IMG/VR virus record: IMGVR_UViG_3300020161_000515 | Location: 1 to 64,000 of that record | DNA from: a virus | Lineage: Duplodnaviria; Caudoviricetes | DNA length: 64,000 bases | Direction: 5' to 3' (one strand) | In this document: piece after piece, positions 1 to 7,731 of the stretch | Layout of the letters: the number at the start of each line of letters is the position of its first letter | Numbering within the stretch: position 1 is the stretch's first letter | The notes under the pieces: model-generated | Databases searched by the model: none | Seen by the model: the letters and a program-made list of their open reading frames with translations, nothing else | Told to the model about the DNA's origin: nothing | Position numbers and translations under genes: made by a program

Positions 1-25
1 AATTCTCGCTAGGTTTAAACAGTAT

Positions 26-520
26 ATGGCACTAAGTTTGATAGCTTGCATTGCAAACAATGGCACGATAGGAAAAGATGGTAAGATACCTTGGCATTTA
101 CCAAGTGATCTTAAATACTTCAAAGAGTTAACTCTTAATAGTTCTCTAATTATGGGACGTAAAACTTTTGAAAGTTTGCCAGGTGCTCTCCCTAAACGAC
201 TCAACATTGTGTTATCCAGAACTGCTAGTTTATTGGATTATGGAAAAGAGGGTGATCTGGTTGTTACATTAAGTAGCAAAGCACATGCCTTAACAGCATC
301 TAAATTCTATCATAATGTTTTTGTGATTGGCGGGGAGGAAATCTATAAAATGTTTATAGATGATGCTGACAAAATTTACCTATCAGTCCTCCCAGTTGCA
401 ATTGAAGGTGATGCGTTTTTTCCTGAAATAGATCTTGATAAATGGAAAATAACATCTACCGAGATCATTAAAGATGTGATGACATACAAACGAATGGTCT
501 TTGAACGCAAGACTATTTAA
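26..520 (+). CDS. folA: Dihydrofolate reductase (phage auxiliary nucleotide-metabolism gene)
   Basis: Canonical DHFR motifs: LIACIANNGTIGKDGKIPWHLPSDLKYFK (catalytic Asp present), LIMGRKTFESL, LPKRLNIVLSR, VFVIGGEEIY, EGDAFFPEID. Overlaps the 3' end of the convergent holin by 8 nt. Confidence 0.96.
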   Translation: MALSLIACIANNGTIGKDGKIPWHLPSDLKYFKELTLNSSLIMGRKTFESLPGALPKRLNIVLSRTASLLDYGKEGDLVVTLSSKAHALTASKFYHNVFVIGGEEIYKMFIDDADKIYLSVLPVAIEGDAFFPEIDLDKWKITSTEIIKDVMTYKRMVFERKTI

Positions 521-1010
521 GTCCTCTATATCTTTTTCTAACCTTTTCCAACACTTCGTCAATATCATCCTCAGATACATCTGAAATGTCGTATTTTCTT
601 TCAATAACTTCTTCTACTGTTTCGTCGATAACATCTTCAATCATGTCTATGACCTCTTTAGGAGTCTTAGCGTTTGATCTATCTTCAATATCAACAAAGT
701 ATTTTCCATACCTTGCTTCTAGAGTACGCTCTAGTAAAAAAAGAGTCCTGCTCCCTAAGTGACCAGCTATCCCAATGGCTACTGATGTAAGGATCATGTC
801 TACATCTTTCCAAACACAAATCCAAAAAACGATTACACCACTAAATCCACTAATAGCAAGATCACTAACAAGAGCTAACACGCTGAATCTCCCACCTTTT
901 TTGTTCTGAATCTTATATAAGTATTGAACTAGACCGCCCCAACAACTAACAAAAATAACGAACAAATAGGTCATCCATCCAACATCTAACGGCAATCTAG
1001 TATTCATCAT
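513..1010 (-). CDS. Holin, LydA-like (superfamily III), with a long acidic C-terminal tail
   Basis: Three hydrophobic segments with WGGLVQYL, SGFSGVIVFWIC and AIGIAGHLGSR, typical of LydA-type holins. SD GGAAGG upstream. Lies downstream of a CHAP endolysin. Confidence 0.75.
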   Translation of the reverse strand: MMNTRLPLDVGWMTYLFVIFVSCWGGLVQYLYKIQNKKGGRFSVLALVSDLAISGFSGVIVFWICVWKDVDMILTSVAIGIAGHLGSRTLFLLERTLEARYGKYFVDIEDRSNAKTPKEVIDMIEDVIDETVEEVIERKYDISDVSEDDIDEVLEKVRKRYRGLK

Positions 1011-1060
1011 ATCCTTCCCCGTGTATCGAATTAACAGTGTTATGATAAACCAGAAACCGT

Positions 1061-1089
1061 AAAACCTAATAAAAAGTTTTTATTTTAGG
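1061..1089 (-). terminator. Possible weak intrinsic terminator or AT-rich inverted repeat
   Basis: Minus strand CCTAA(AA)TAAAAA-C-TTTTTATTAGG followed by TTTT, directly after the stop at 1091. The stem is almost entirely A/T. Confidence 0.3.
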
Positions 1090-1090
1090 G

Positions 1091-1531
1091 TTACTTAGAC
1101 ACTCGAACCCATGCGCCATCTTGCTTCATAGCTTCCCTGGCTGCTTGCTCTCTTGCTTGGATACAAGAACCTAAGTTGTTAAATGCTTTCTCAAGACCAT
1201 CAACAGCATTTCTGATAGCCTTCATTTCTTCAACCACAATTTCTTCAGCATAGGCAGAGTTCATTGTGTGAATAAGAGAGCTTAAAGAGTTAACTCTATC
1301 AAACAGATAACGCATGTGAGTAGGCACTAACTCTTTGAACTTCAAAAAATCTATATATGCTTCATCTTTAGGAAGTATGTCAGAATAAGGATAGTCTTGT
1401 GGTGCAGACTGTTTGCCTTTATTCTTTTTACAACCGCAATCTTCTTCATACGGATTCTTTTGAAACTGAGCAGGAGGTGTTGCTTCACCTCTGCCCAAGT
1501 AAGTATATTCTTCTTCGTCTTGTGGGATCAT
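1091..1531 (-). CDS. Hypothetical protein with C-terminal coiled coil
   Basis: 146 aa ORF packed 2 nt from the upstream gene. Heptad-like C-terminal half. No family recognised. Confidence 0.65.
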   Translation of the reverse strand: MIPQDEEEYTYLGRGEATPPAQFQKNPYEEDCGCKKNKGKQSAPQDYPYSDILPKDEAYIDFLKFKELVPTHMRYLFDRVNSLSSLIHTMNSAYAEEIVVEEMKAIRNAVDGLEKAFNNLGSCIQAREQAAREAMKQDGAWVRVSK

Positions 1532-1533
1532 AA

Positions 1534-2166
1534 TTAGCCTATTACTTTAACTCTGTATGTGTATCCATTTACTGTCATGTACTTCTGGTCATAAATGACA
1601 ATATTAGATCCTGTAGGAAAAGGTATTGATGTTTCTGCTTGCCAAATTCTTCCACTAGCCATGAAAGTGGTCTTGTTACGAATGCCTACGTATGAGTCTA
1701 TGTATGTTTGTAATATGTTTCTATAAACATACGGTTCAACAGCCAATGGAGTATTAAACACCGTTAAGACAAAGTTACCATCTTTCATCTTGCTTATGAT
1801 AACAACAGGATCATCTTCCAACGCTTCTATAAAGCCTTGTTCATAACTAAGCACTCTGAAGGTGATTCCACTCTTGGTAATAAACACAGAGTCTGCAGAC
1901 AAGCCGACAAAGCTAAAAATGCCTGTTGTTACTGAGTAGTCAACACCTTCCATACCACTACCACTAGGAATTTGTTCGTACTCCTTAACAGTACATGCCA
2001 GATTATCGTCGAACTGTAACGTGATGTTCTGCAAGAATCCTGTAGTGACTTTCTCAATATACATTCTTGGAATAGTCACGGTGTTTGTGATTGGATGGTA
2101 AACGCTTGGTGCATCTGCCATTGCATTAAATGACAACAATGCGGATATTAAAACTTTCTTAAACAT
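1534..2166 (-). CDS. Hypothetical exported protein (Sec signal peptide)
   Basis: MFKKVLISALLSFNAMA-D has a basic n-region, hydrophobic h-region and A-x-A cleavage site. Strong SD AAGGAG. Confidence 0.65.
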   Translation of the reverse strand: MFKKVLISALLSFNAMADAPSVYHPITNTVTIPRMYIEKVTTGFLQNITLQFDDNLACTVKEYEQIPSGSGMEGVDYSVTTGIFSFVGLSADSVFITKSGITFRVLSYEQGFIEALEDDPVVIISKMKDGNFVLTVFNTPLAVEPYVYRNILQTYIDSYVGIRNKTTFMASGRIWQAETSIPFPTGSNIVIYDQKYMTVNGYTYRVKVIG

Positions 2167-2175
2167 TGCCTCTCC

Positions 2176-2574
2176 TTAAAGGTGATCTGCTATTTCAGCA
2201 TTGTAAATGCTATCGGGTTCTTGATCTAACACGACAACATAGAAATCATTTGAATAGGATAATGATTCAAATGTAAAAGATCCATCTTGATTACTTAAAG
2301 TTTCCCTTATTAAGTTTCCAGTGCGTCTATCGTATAAGCGCACTAGCTTGGAAATCGGAACAAAGTCCATCCTTGTTATACCTGCAATATCCTTTGTAAT
2401 GTCTCCTAGAGATTCAAGGGATAAGCCGGATTGATTAAATTTCAAGAATGATTTTAATGGTGGAGCTCTGTTAGTGATAAAACTTGTCTGAGAAGATTTA
2501 AAGTGCAAGGGTGGATTAGTGACCTTCATTGAGGACAATCCGCCATAAAAACCTACTGCACCAAGATCACTCAT
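2176..2574 (-). CDS. Small virion protein with C-terminal 'RxTG' beta-sandwich (family Q; carboxypeptidase-regulatory/prealbumin-like fold inferred)
   Basis: VRLYDRRTGNLIRETLSNQDGSFTFESL...YNAEIADHL matches the C-termini of 31049..31402 and 27489..29912. Confidence 0.7.
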   Translation of the reverse strand: MSDLGAVGFYGGLSSMKVTNPPLHFKSSQTSFITNRAPPLKSFLKFNQSGLSLESLGDITKDIAGITRMDFVPISKLVRLYDRRTGNLIRETLSNQDGSFTFESLSYSNDFYVVVLDQEPDSIYNAEIADHL

Positions 2575-3325
2575 TTACGTCGAAGAACAAATAGTTGCCA
2601 TTAATAACAGAGCAAAAGAGTTTTTTACCCATTGAAGAAACCATGTATCCTGGATTAAAAGGATACTCTGGTAAGCCAGCAAATAGTCCAGGCATTGTCC
2701 CTAGTGTGCATTGAGATAAATGATGGTACAGATGCACACTTGAAAACTGAGGACCTTTTGAATCTAAAAAGAATAGTTTCTTTCCCACCATAGTAGGATA
2801 AAACATTCCATGAAGATTAAAAGCAATGCTGTGATCTTCTGTTTCGTCAAGCATTAATCCAAACGAAGTTGAGCAGATGATAGCCTGGTTTTTAAATCTG
2901 TCATAGTCATTCCATTTTCCAAAGAATAAAACAACCTTACCGCTTATCAGATAAAAGAAATCGTGTGATGTAAACATTTCCCATCTACCGGATATGTCAT
3001 TTTTATCTATCACGAATCCGTTATCATTTTGGTAGATTGAAGGAAAGAAATGGTATGTATGACGATCTGGAAAATCATAGTCTGTTATTAAACTATCTGT
3101 GCAACCTCGTACACAAATTTCTGTATTACTCTCGTAAACATGTATCCAAGTGTTGTCAGGCATTTCATAAATAGTCTGCCTGTCATACTGGTGTTTAATC
3201 TGCCAACCTGCTCCATTCTTTGATCCGTACCCATCAACAAGAACCTTAGTTAAGATATTCCTGAATGATGTGTCATCCATCGTTAAGATGGGAGCACTGG
3301 TATCTGAGTAGCTGTAATGTCTCAT
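2567..3325 (-). CDS. Putative tail appendage protein (family P, shortened paralog)
   Basis: YSYSDTSAPIL...LTKVLVDGYGSKNGAGW matches paralogs at 6814, 29913 and 31402. Start moved from TTG 3331 to ATG 3325, which makes an ATGA overlap with the endolysin stop. Confidence 0.7.
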   Translation of the reverse strand: MRHYSYSDTSAPILTMDDTSFRNILTKVLVDGYGSKNGAGWQIKHQYDRQTIYEMPDNTWIHVYESNTEICVRGCTDSLITDYDFPDRHTYHFFPSIYQNDNGFVIDKNDISGRWEMFTSHDFFYLISGKVVLFFGKWNDYDRFKNQAIICSTSFGLMLDETEDHSIAFNLHGMFYPTMVGKKLFFLDSKGPQFSSVHLYHHLSQCTLGTMPGLFAGLPEYPFNPGYMVSSMGKKLFCSVINGNYLFFDVNE

Positions 3326-3885
3326 TTCCAACTCGGAGGATTAATGAATCCAAGAAAGTATAAACTCTTTTTGGACTTTTCAAATGATACCACACGTTTC
3401 TTAGAGTATATACCATCACCTTCACGGTCAGTGGAACCTATTCCACTCTTAGCACCAGTATTACCTTCAACGGTGATAATGGTTTTATCTGAGGCATTGT
3501 ATTCTTTTACGATGCCAGCATGACCTTTGCCTGGATCAGATCCAAGTCGCATGAAGAATATTGATCCCGGAACAGGAACAAACTCAGTCTTACCGATCTT
3601 CTTAAATCCTTCATATGATGCCTGAGATGATGGACTCATTGTGGTGGCAAATTCTTTTAACACATCTGCAGGAGCCTTAAGATCAGTTAAAGCTTTTCTC
3701 CAAATAGCCTCGCAAAACGAAGCGCAATAAGGCCAGCCAGCTTGCCAGCCAGCGTTCTTCATCCACTCTTTTATCTCAGCACTCAGTTCTTTGTTGTTCC
3801 ACTCAGAATTGGAAACTATTTCGTGAAGGTTTATGAAATTAGATGCCACTTCTATAATTTTATTACCTACTTCACTCTGATTCAT
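3322..3885 (-). CDS. Endolysin / peptidoglycan hydrolase, CHAP domain
   Basis: PYCASF (catalytic Cys), GHAGIV (catalytic His) and ITVEGNT motifs of CHAP amidases. Near the holin. Confidence 0.85.
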   Translation of the reverse strand: MNQSEVGNKIIEVASNFINLHEIVSNSEWNNKELSAEIKEWMKNAGWQAGWPYCASFCEAIWRKALTDLKAPADVLKEFATTMSPSSQASYEGFKKIGKTEFVPVPGSIFFMRLGSDPGKGHAGIVKEYNASDKTIITVEGNTGAKSGIGSTDREGDGIYSKKRVVSFEKSKKSLYFLGFINPPSWK

Positions 3886-6821
3886 TAACTTGCTCCAATA
3901 TAAAATAAACCTTTTTTATCAAACGGGTATGGATCTCCAAATACCGTAACAGGACAGTTACATCTCCAGACACCTAACGCAGACTGTTTGACATCTACTG
4001 ATGACGAAACCCAGGGAAAGTCTGGGCGAATGAATCCTAAGAACATTCTGTCATCTAACCATTCATTCATGCCTGGAACTTGAGTAGTTCCAGATAACAC
4101 TTCTTTACTTCCAGTCTTATGCACCAACATAACAACACCTTCTCGGTGTTCATAATTTGGTTTAGTAACAGATGTTACAGGAGCTTCATCACACCCTTGA
4201 ATAGGAACAGGAACTGTTGTTTCATCTTCTCCAGGACATCCTCCAGTCTTAGCAGGACGTCTAGAAACAGTGCATGAGCTAGACCATCCAAAAATAGAAA
4301 GAGCAGGTGTATTACCTGATTCATCTTGAACACCCATGCTTCCACAGCCAGGATCTCCATTTACTTTACAACACGGAGGTCCAGGCTCACCAGGACAACA
4401 GTTGCCACAACAGACAGGTTTAGTGAAGCATGGCTCCCAATATCTCATTTCCCTTCTTGGTGTCCATTTTCTTTTGCATACGCAATTGCCAGCATTATAT
4501 TTCATGGAAGTGTAGCTTCCAACATAAATATCACCTTTGGCTAGATAGACTGACTCACTATCAGTTTTAGGTATTACGCAAGCAATTCTGGTATAGTGTC
4601 CTCCTGTAAAACTCTCAAACTCAGAAGTAATGCTTCCACCTCTGACAGAAACAACTTTCCAATTTCCACATGATGCTATGTTACAAGGACCTGGATGTGC
4701 GTAAGGAGGCTCATTGCCACATGCTTCTCCACCACCACATCCTTGAGTTTGGTAATTAGAATTAGAATATGATGATAAGTCTGCTGAGTTACCTGATAAC
4801 GAAACTGAGTCAACTGAAAATGATCCTGACGTAGAAACATCTTTAGAGTTTGTAGAGCTACTAAACTGCCGATCTCCACAAGATGATTGATCTCCAGCAT
4901 CCTCTTTTCTTTCGTCAGGAGCAATGTTAGTTTCACAAGCATATCTGATTACTTTCAGATGGTTATACTGATCGTAGAAACAATAGATAGGGCCTTCGCC
5001 AGTAACTCCTTCTAAATCTGTTTTTGGAGAATAAGATAATTCTACATTGTAGCAATTGTATGTTGAATCCCATGTAAATACTCTGTCGTATTTATATCTG
5101 AATTTGAAAGTACCTGAGTCCATCAAATTGTCGCTAACAGATACAGCACCTTTCATAGCTTCATAAAACTCTTTAGAGTGAGGAAGTCCTCCATCAACTC
5201 TATTTTTAGTTTTAAGATCCTTTTTTAATGTTTCCATTTCTTCTGGTGTAGCGTTTTCTGAGTCTTGTATGACCCACCACCACGCACCTTCTTCAATATC
5301 ACCGTTAGCACAAATCTTTGTAATAGTATCTACAGCAGAATCTCCAGTGTCAACAATATCTGGATCATTGTATTGGTGAATAAATGTTGCTTCTGAACAG
5401 GTATACACAAATTGAATTGATGGTCTTACTGCCGCACGATCTTGTGCTTTCTTTTCTTTTTGTTCTTTGGTGTCACCAGGAGCATCTTGCATTTTAAGTT
5501 TAGCTAATGACTTCTCCCACTGATCTTTTAAGCTTGTTTCCTTTCTGATCTTTTCTTCTTCAAATACACTTTCCATTTGAAAGATAATAAAAGCAGTATA
5601 AAGGTAAGACTTATTTGGTGAATCCCAGTCAATCGTAACTACAGACAATTCTCTGCCATCCCAATCACTCTTCCAACCATATCCACCAACGTCAGCACCT
5701 TTGGTGTACGCCTTCAAATCTGTTTCTAGAACTATATTTCTGGTAGGACTGCAACTGGCTAGAATATAAGCTTCATAAGCATTTCTTTTCGCAATGCTGA
5801 GTGATTGAGTCCTCATCCACTTCTGAAGCATCCTGCCTTCTTTTGATGGTTGAAGTAAATTAATAATTACACCATTCCGCATCTGCAACAGATAATAGTT
5901 GCCTTGGGTGTCGGTGGCAAGCTTGGTCATTCCTTTATCAAGAGATGCTATTCTATTTGCTTTCTCAGACTCAGGACCCCAGTTCTCGTCACCATCAAGT
6001 CCTTTGTAAAAATACATTCTATTAGGAAATGTTCCTTTACCATAGATAGTTTTGTTTTTGCTGCCAAACTGAGCTTGAACGAATAGTCTGGTCTTCCCTG
6101 AGAATATACTTGCTGGCAGTTCTATCTTTATTAAAGTTTTCTTTTCTACAATATCGCAATCACAGACATCTTCACTGGTAGGAACTTTAAAAGCATTTGG
6201 TTTTTCTCGTTTTATCTTTCTTCCGTAGCTGTCTAATCCTAAAGACTTTCTGAAAGTATCTTGCCAAACAAGATAAGCATCACCTACAGATGTCTGAATA
6301 CCAGCATTGGGTGACACAGGCAATATAGGAACACCTACAGGTTCTCTTGACATTGGTGTGTGAGAGTATGATTGAAGCTCACCAGTGCCTTTAGGATCTG
6401 TGCAGTCAACACCTCTTTTAGGTGTTTCACATCCAATAGCTACAGATTTTGTAGTTCCTTTTTTACCACCTTTGTCTTTAACACCATTGCCACCAGTAAC
6501 TCTAGATGGAACAAGTGTAGGACATTCTCCTTTGTTCTCAGTAACCGTATATGATACTTTTAAGAATCCTATTACCGGACACCAATCTTTATTAGTGTAA
6601 AGAACTTCAGGAAGATATGATTTTGGATTAGTCCACAGAGTAGGCGATAACTGAACAGCACCGCTTTCTAGATATAAAGAACTTGTGCTATCTAAGAATC
6701 TGTTAAATGGCCCAAATGGTTGGGCATAAAACGTAGCAGATTCGGCAATAGTAGTGCCATTTGGAGCTATCTCACCTTTTCTAAATGGCTTTAGTTCTTT
6801 TGTTAAGTCAACACTAGGCAT
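3885..6821 (-). CDS. Large cysteine-rich putative virion protein (978 aa)
   Basis: Long ORF coupled to neighbours by overlaps, in a structural operon. About 19 Cys within ~230 aa near the C-terminus. No family recognised. Confidence 0.7.
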   Translation of the reverse strand: MPSVDLTKELKPFRKGEIAPNGTTIAESATFYAQPFGPFNRFLDSTSSLYLESGAVQLSPTLWTNPKSYLPEVLYTNKDWCPVIGFLKVSYTVTENKGECPTLVPSRVTGGNGVKDKGGKKGTTKSVAIGCETPKRGVDCTDPKGTGELQSYSHTPMSREPVGVPILPVSPNAGIQTSVGDAYLVWQDTFRKSLGLDSYGRKIKREKPNAFKVPTSEDVCDCDIVEKKTLIKIELPASIFSGKTRLFVQAQFGSKNKTIYGKGTFPNRMYFYKGLDGDENWGPESEKANRIASLDKGMTKLATDTQGNYYLLQMRNGVIINLLQPSKEGRMLQKWMRTQSLSIAKRNAYEAYILASCSPTRNIVLETDLKAYTKGADVGGYGWKSDWDGRELSVVTIDWDSPNKSYLYTAFIIFQMESVFEEEKIRKETSLKDQWEKSLAKLKMQDAPGDTKEQKEKKAQDRAAVRPSIQFVYTCSEATFIHQYNDPDIVDTGDSAVDTITKICANGDIEEGAWWWVIQDSENATPEEMETLKKDLKTKNRVDGGLPHSKEFYEAMKGAVSVSDNLMDSGTFKFRYKYDRVFTWDSTYNCYNVELSYSPKTDLEGVTGEGPIYCFYDQYNHLKVIRYACETNIAPDERKEDAGDQSSCGDRQFSSSTNSKDVSTSGSFSVDSVSLSGNSADLSSYSNSNYQTQGCGGGEACGNEPPYAHPGPCNIASCGNWKVVSVRGGSITSEFESFTGGHYTRIACVIPKTDSESVYLAKGDIYVGSYTSMKYNAGNCVCKRKWTPRREMRYWEPCFTKPVCCGNCCPGEPGPPCCKVNGDPGCGSMGVQDESGNTPALSIFGWSSSCTVSRRPAKTGGCPGEDETTVPVPIQGCDEAPVTSVTKPNYEHREGVVMLVHKTGSKEVLSGTTQVPGMNEWLDDRMFLGFIRPDFPWVSSSVDVKQSALGVWRCNCPVTVFGDPYPFDKKGLFYIGAS

Positions 6822-7731
6822 ACCAAGTATCCGAAGTTTCTAGAGCGTATGTTCTTCCATTGCATTTAACAATCATGAAAGATTTTCCAGCTAAAGCTCC
6901 GTTACCGTTAAAGGTGTCACCATGATTGAAGTATGATCCGTTATGACAAACATTCCATAATCCAGGAAGTCTTCCTCTGACGCAATTGATTGTAGGCTCA
7001 GTTACAAACACAGGAGATAAAAATAAATTACCATCAACTGGATTAGGAAACGGAAGTAAGTCTTTACTTGTGTCAGAGTGTTTACCACACAGTATGCTTG
7101 ATCCAACCTGGGTATAGCTACGCATTAGCCAATGGTTTGAGATGCTTTCATTGGTGGGTGAAAATGTTCCAAATGAGTTTGAAACATTATTGTAGTCTGT
7201 AGGACTTCTGCCAGTGATGATTAAATTAAATTTATCAGGATCTAAATTAATATCTCTGAATGAGATAAACTCACCAAAGCAATATCCATCAGCGGTGGCA
7301 AAGTTTGAAGAACTATTGTGGTTAATAAACAAGTAAAAGAACTTGTTGTTAGCCACTATCATCCAACCTCTTGCTATTGCATCTTTTGTGATACTTTTTA
7401 AGACTCCGACACCGAAAGGACTCTGAACAGCACTAGGGGTAGCATCGTCACCCGTATTGAGGGCGGTCATCTTGGAAAATCCACACATAACCATAATGTT
7501 TTCGTATCCAGTATAACCGTCATTGAGTCGAAGATAAAACTCATTACCCAATGGCTCAGCCTTCAATACTGAATTATGTAGTCCATCATAATATGGATTA
7601 GTCCAACCTGCTGGCTGTTTAGAACCGTATCCTGTTACTAGACAACTTGTTAGGATGTTTTCTAAAGATCCTACTTGTCCTGTTAAATATAATGCTCCAG
7701 AATCTGAAGCTAGGTATGTTTGTACGCTCAT
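6814..7731 (-). CDS. Putative tail appendage protein (family P)
   Basis: YLASDSGALYLTGQVGSLENILTSCLVTGYGSKQPAGWT...VRGRLPGLW...HGDTF...LETSDTW, shared with three paralogs in the window. Confidence 0.8.
   Translation of the reverse strand: MSVQTYLASDSGALYLTGQVGSLENILTSCLVTGYGSKQPAGWTNPYYDGLHNSVLKAEPLGNEFYLRLNDGYTGYENIMVMCGFSKMTALNTGDDATPSAVQSPFGVGVLKSITKDAIARGWMIVANNKFFYLFINHNSSSNFATADGYCFGEFISFRDINLDPDKFNLIITGRSPTDYNNVSNSFGTFSPTNESISNHWLMRSYTQVGSSILCGKHSDTSKDLLPFPNPVDGNLFLSPVFVTEPTINCVRGRLPGLWNVCHNGSYFNHGDTFNGNGALAGKSFMIVKCNGRTYALETSDTWYA

Noticed and set aside
1005-1010. Holin/antiholin dual-start motif (ATG ATG)
   Set aside because: Lambda S-type dual starts need an intervening basic residue. 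Met-Met gives no charge difference.
3317-6600. Short alternative-frame ORFs overlapping the endolysin and the 978 aa gene
   Set aside because: They are fully nested in well-supported genes, lack an RBS, and I saw no lipobox that would mark an embedded o-spanin.
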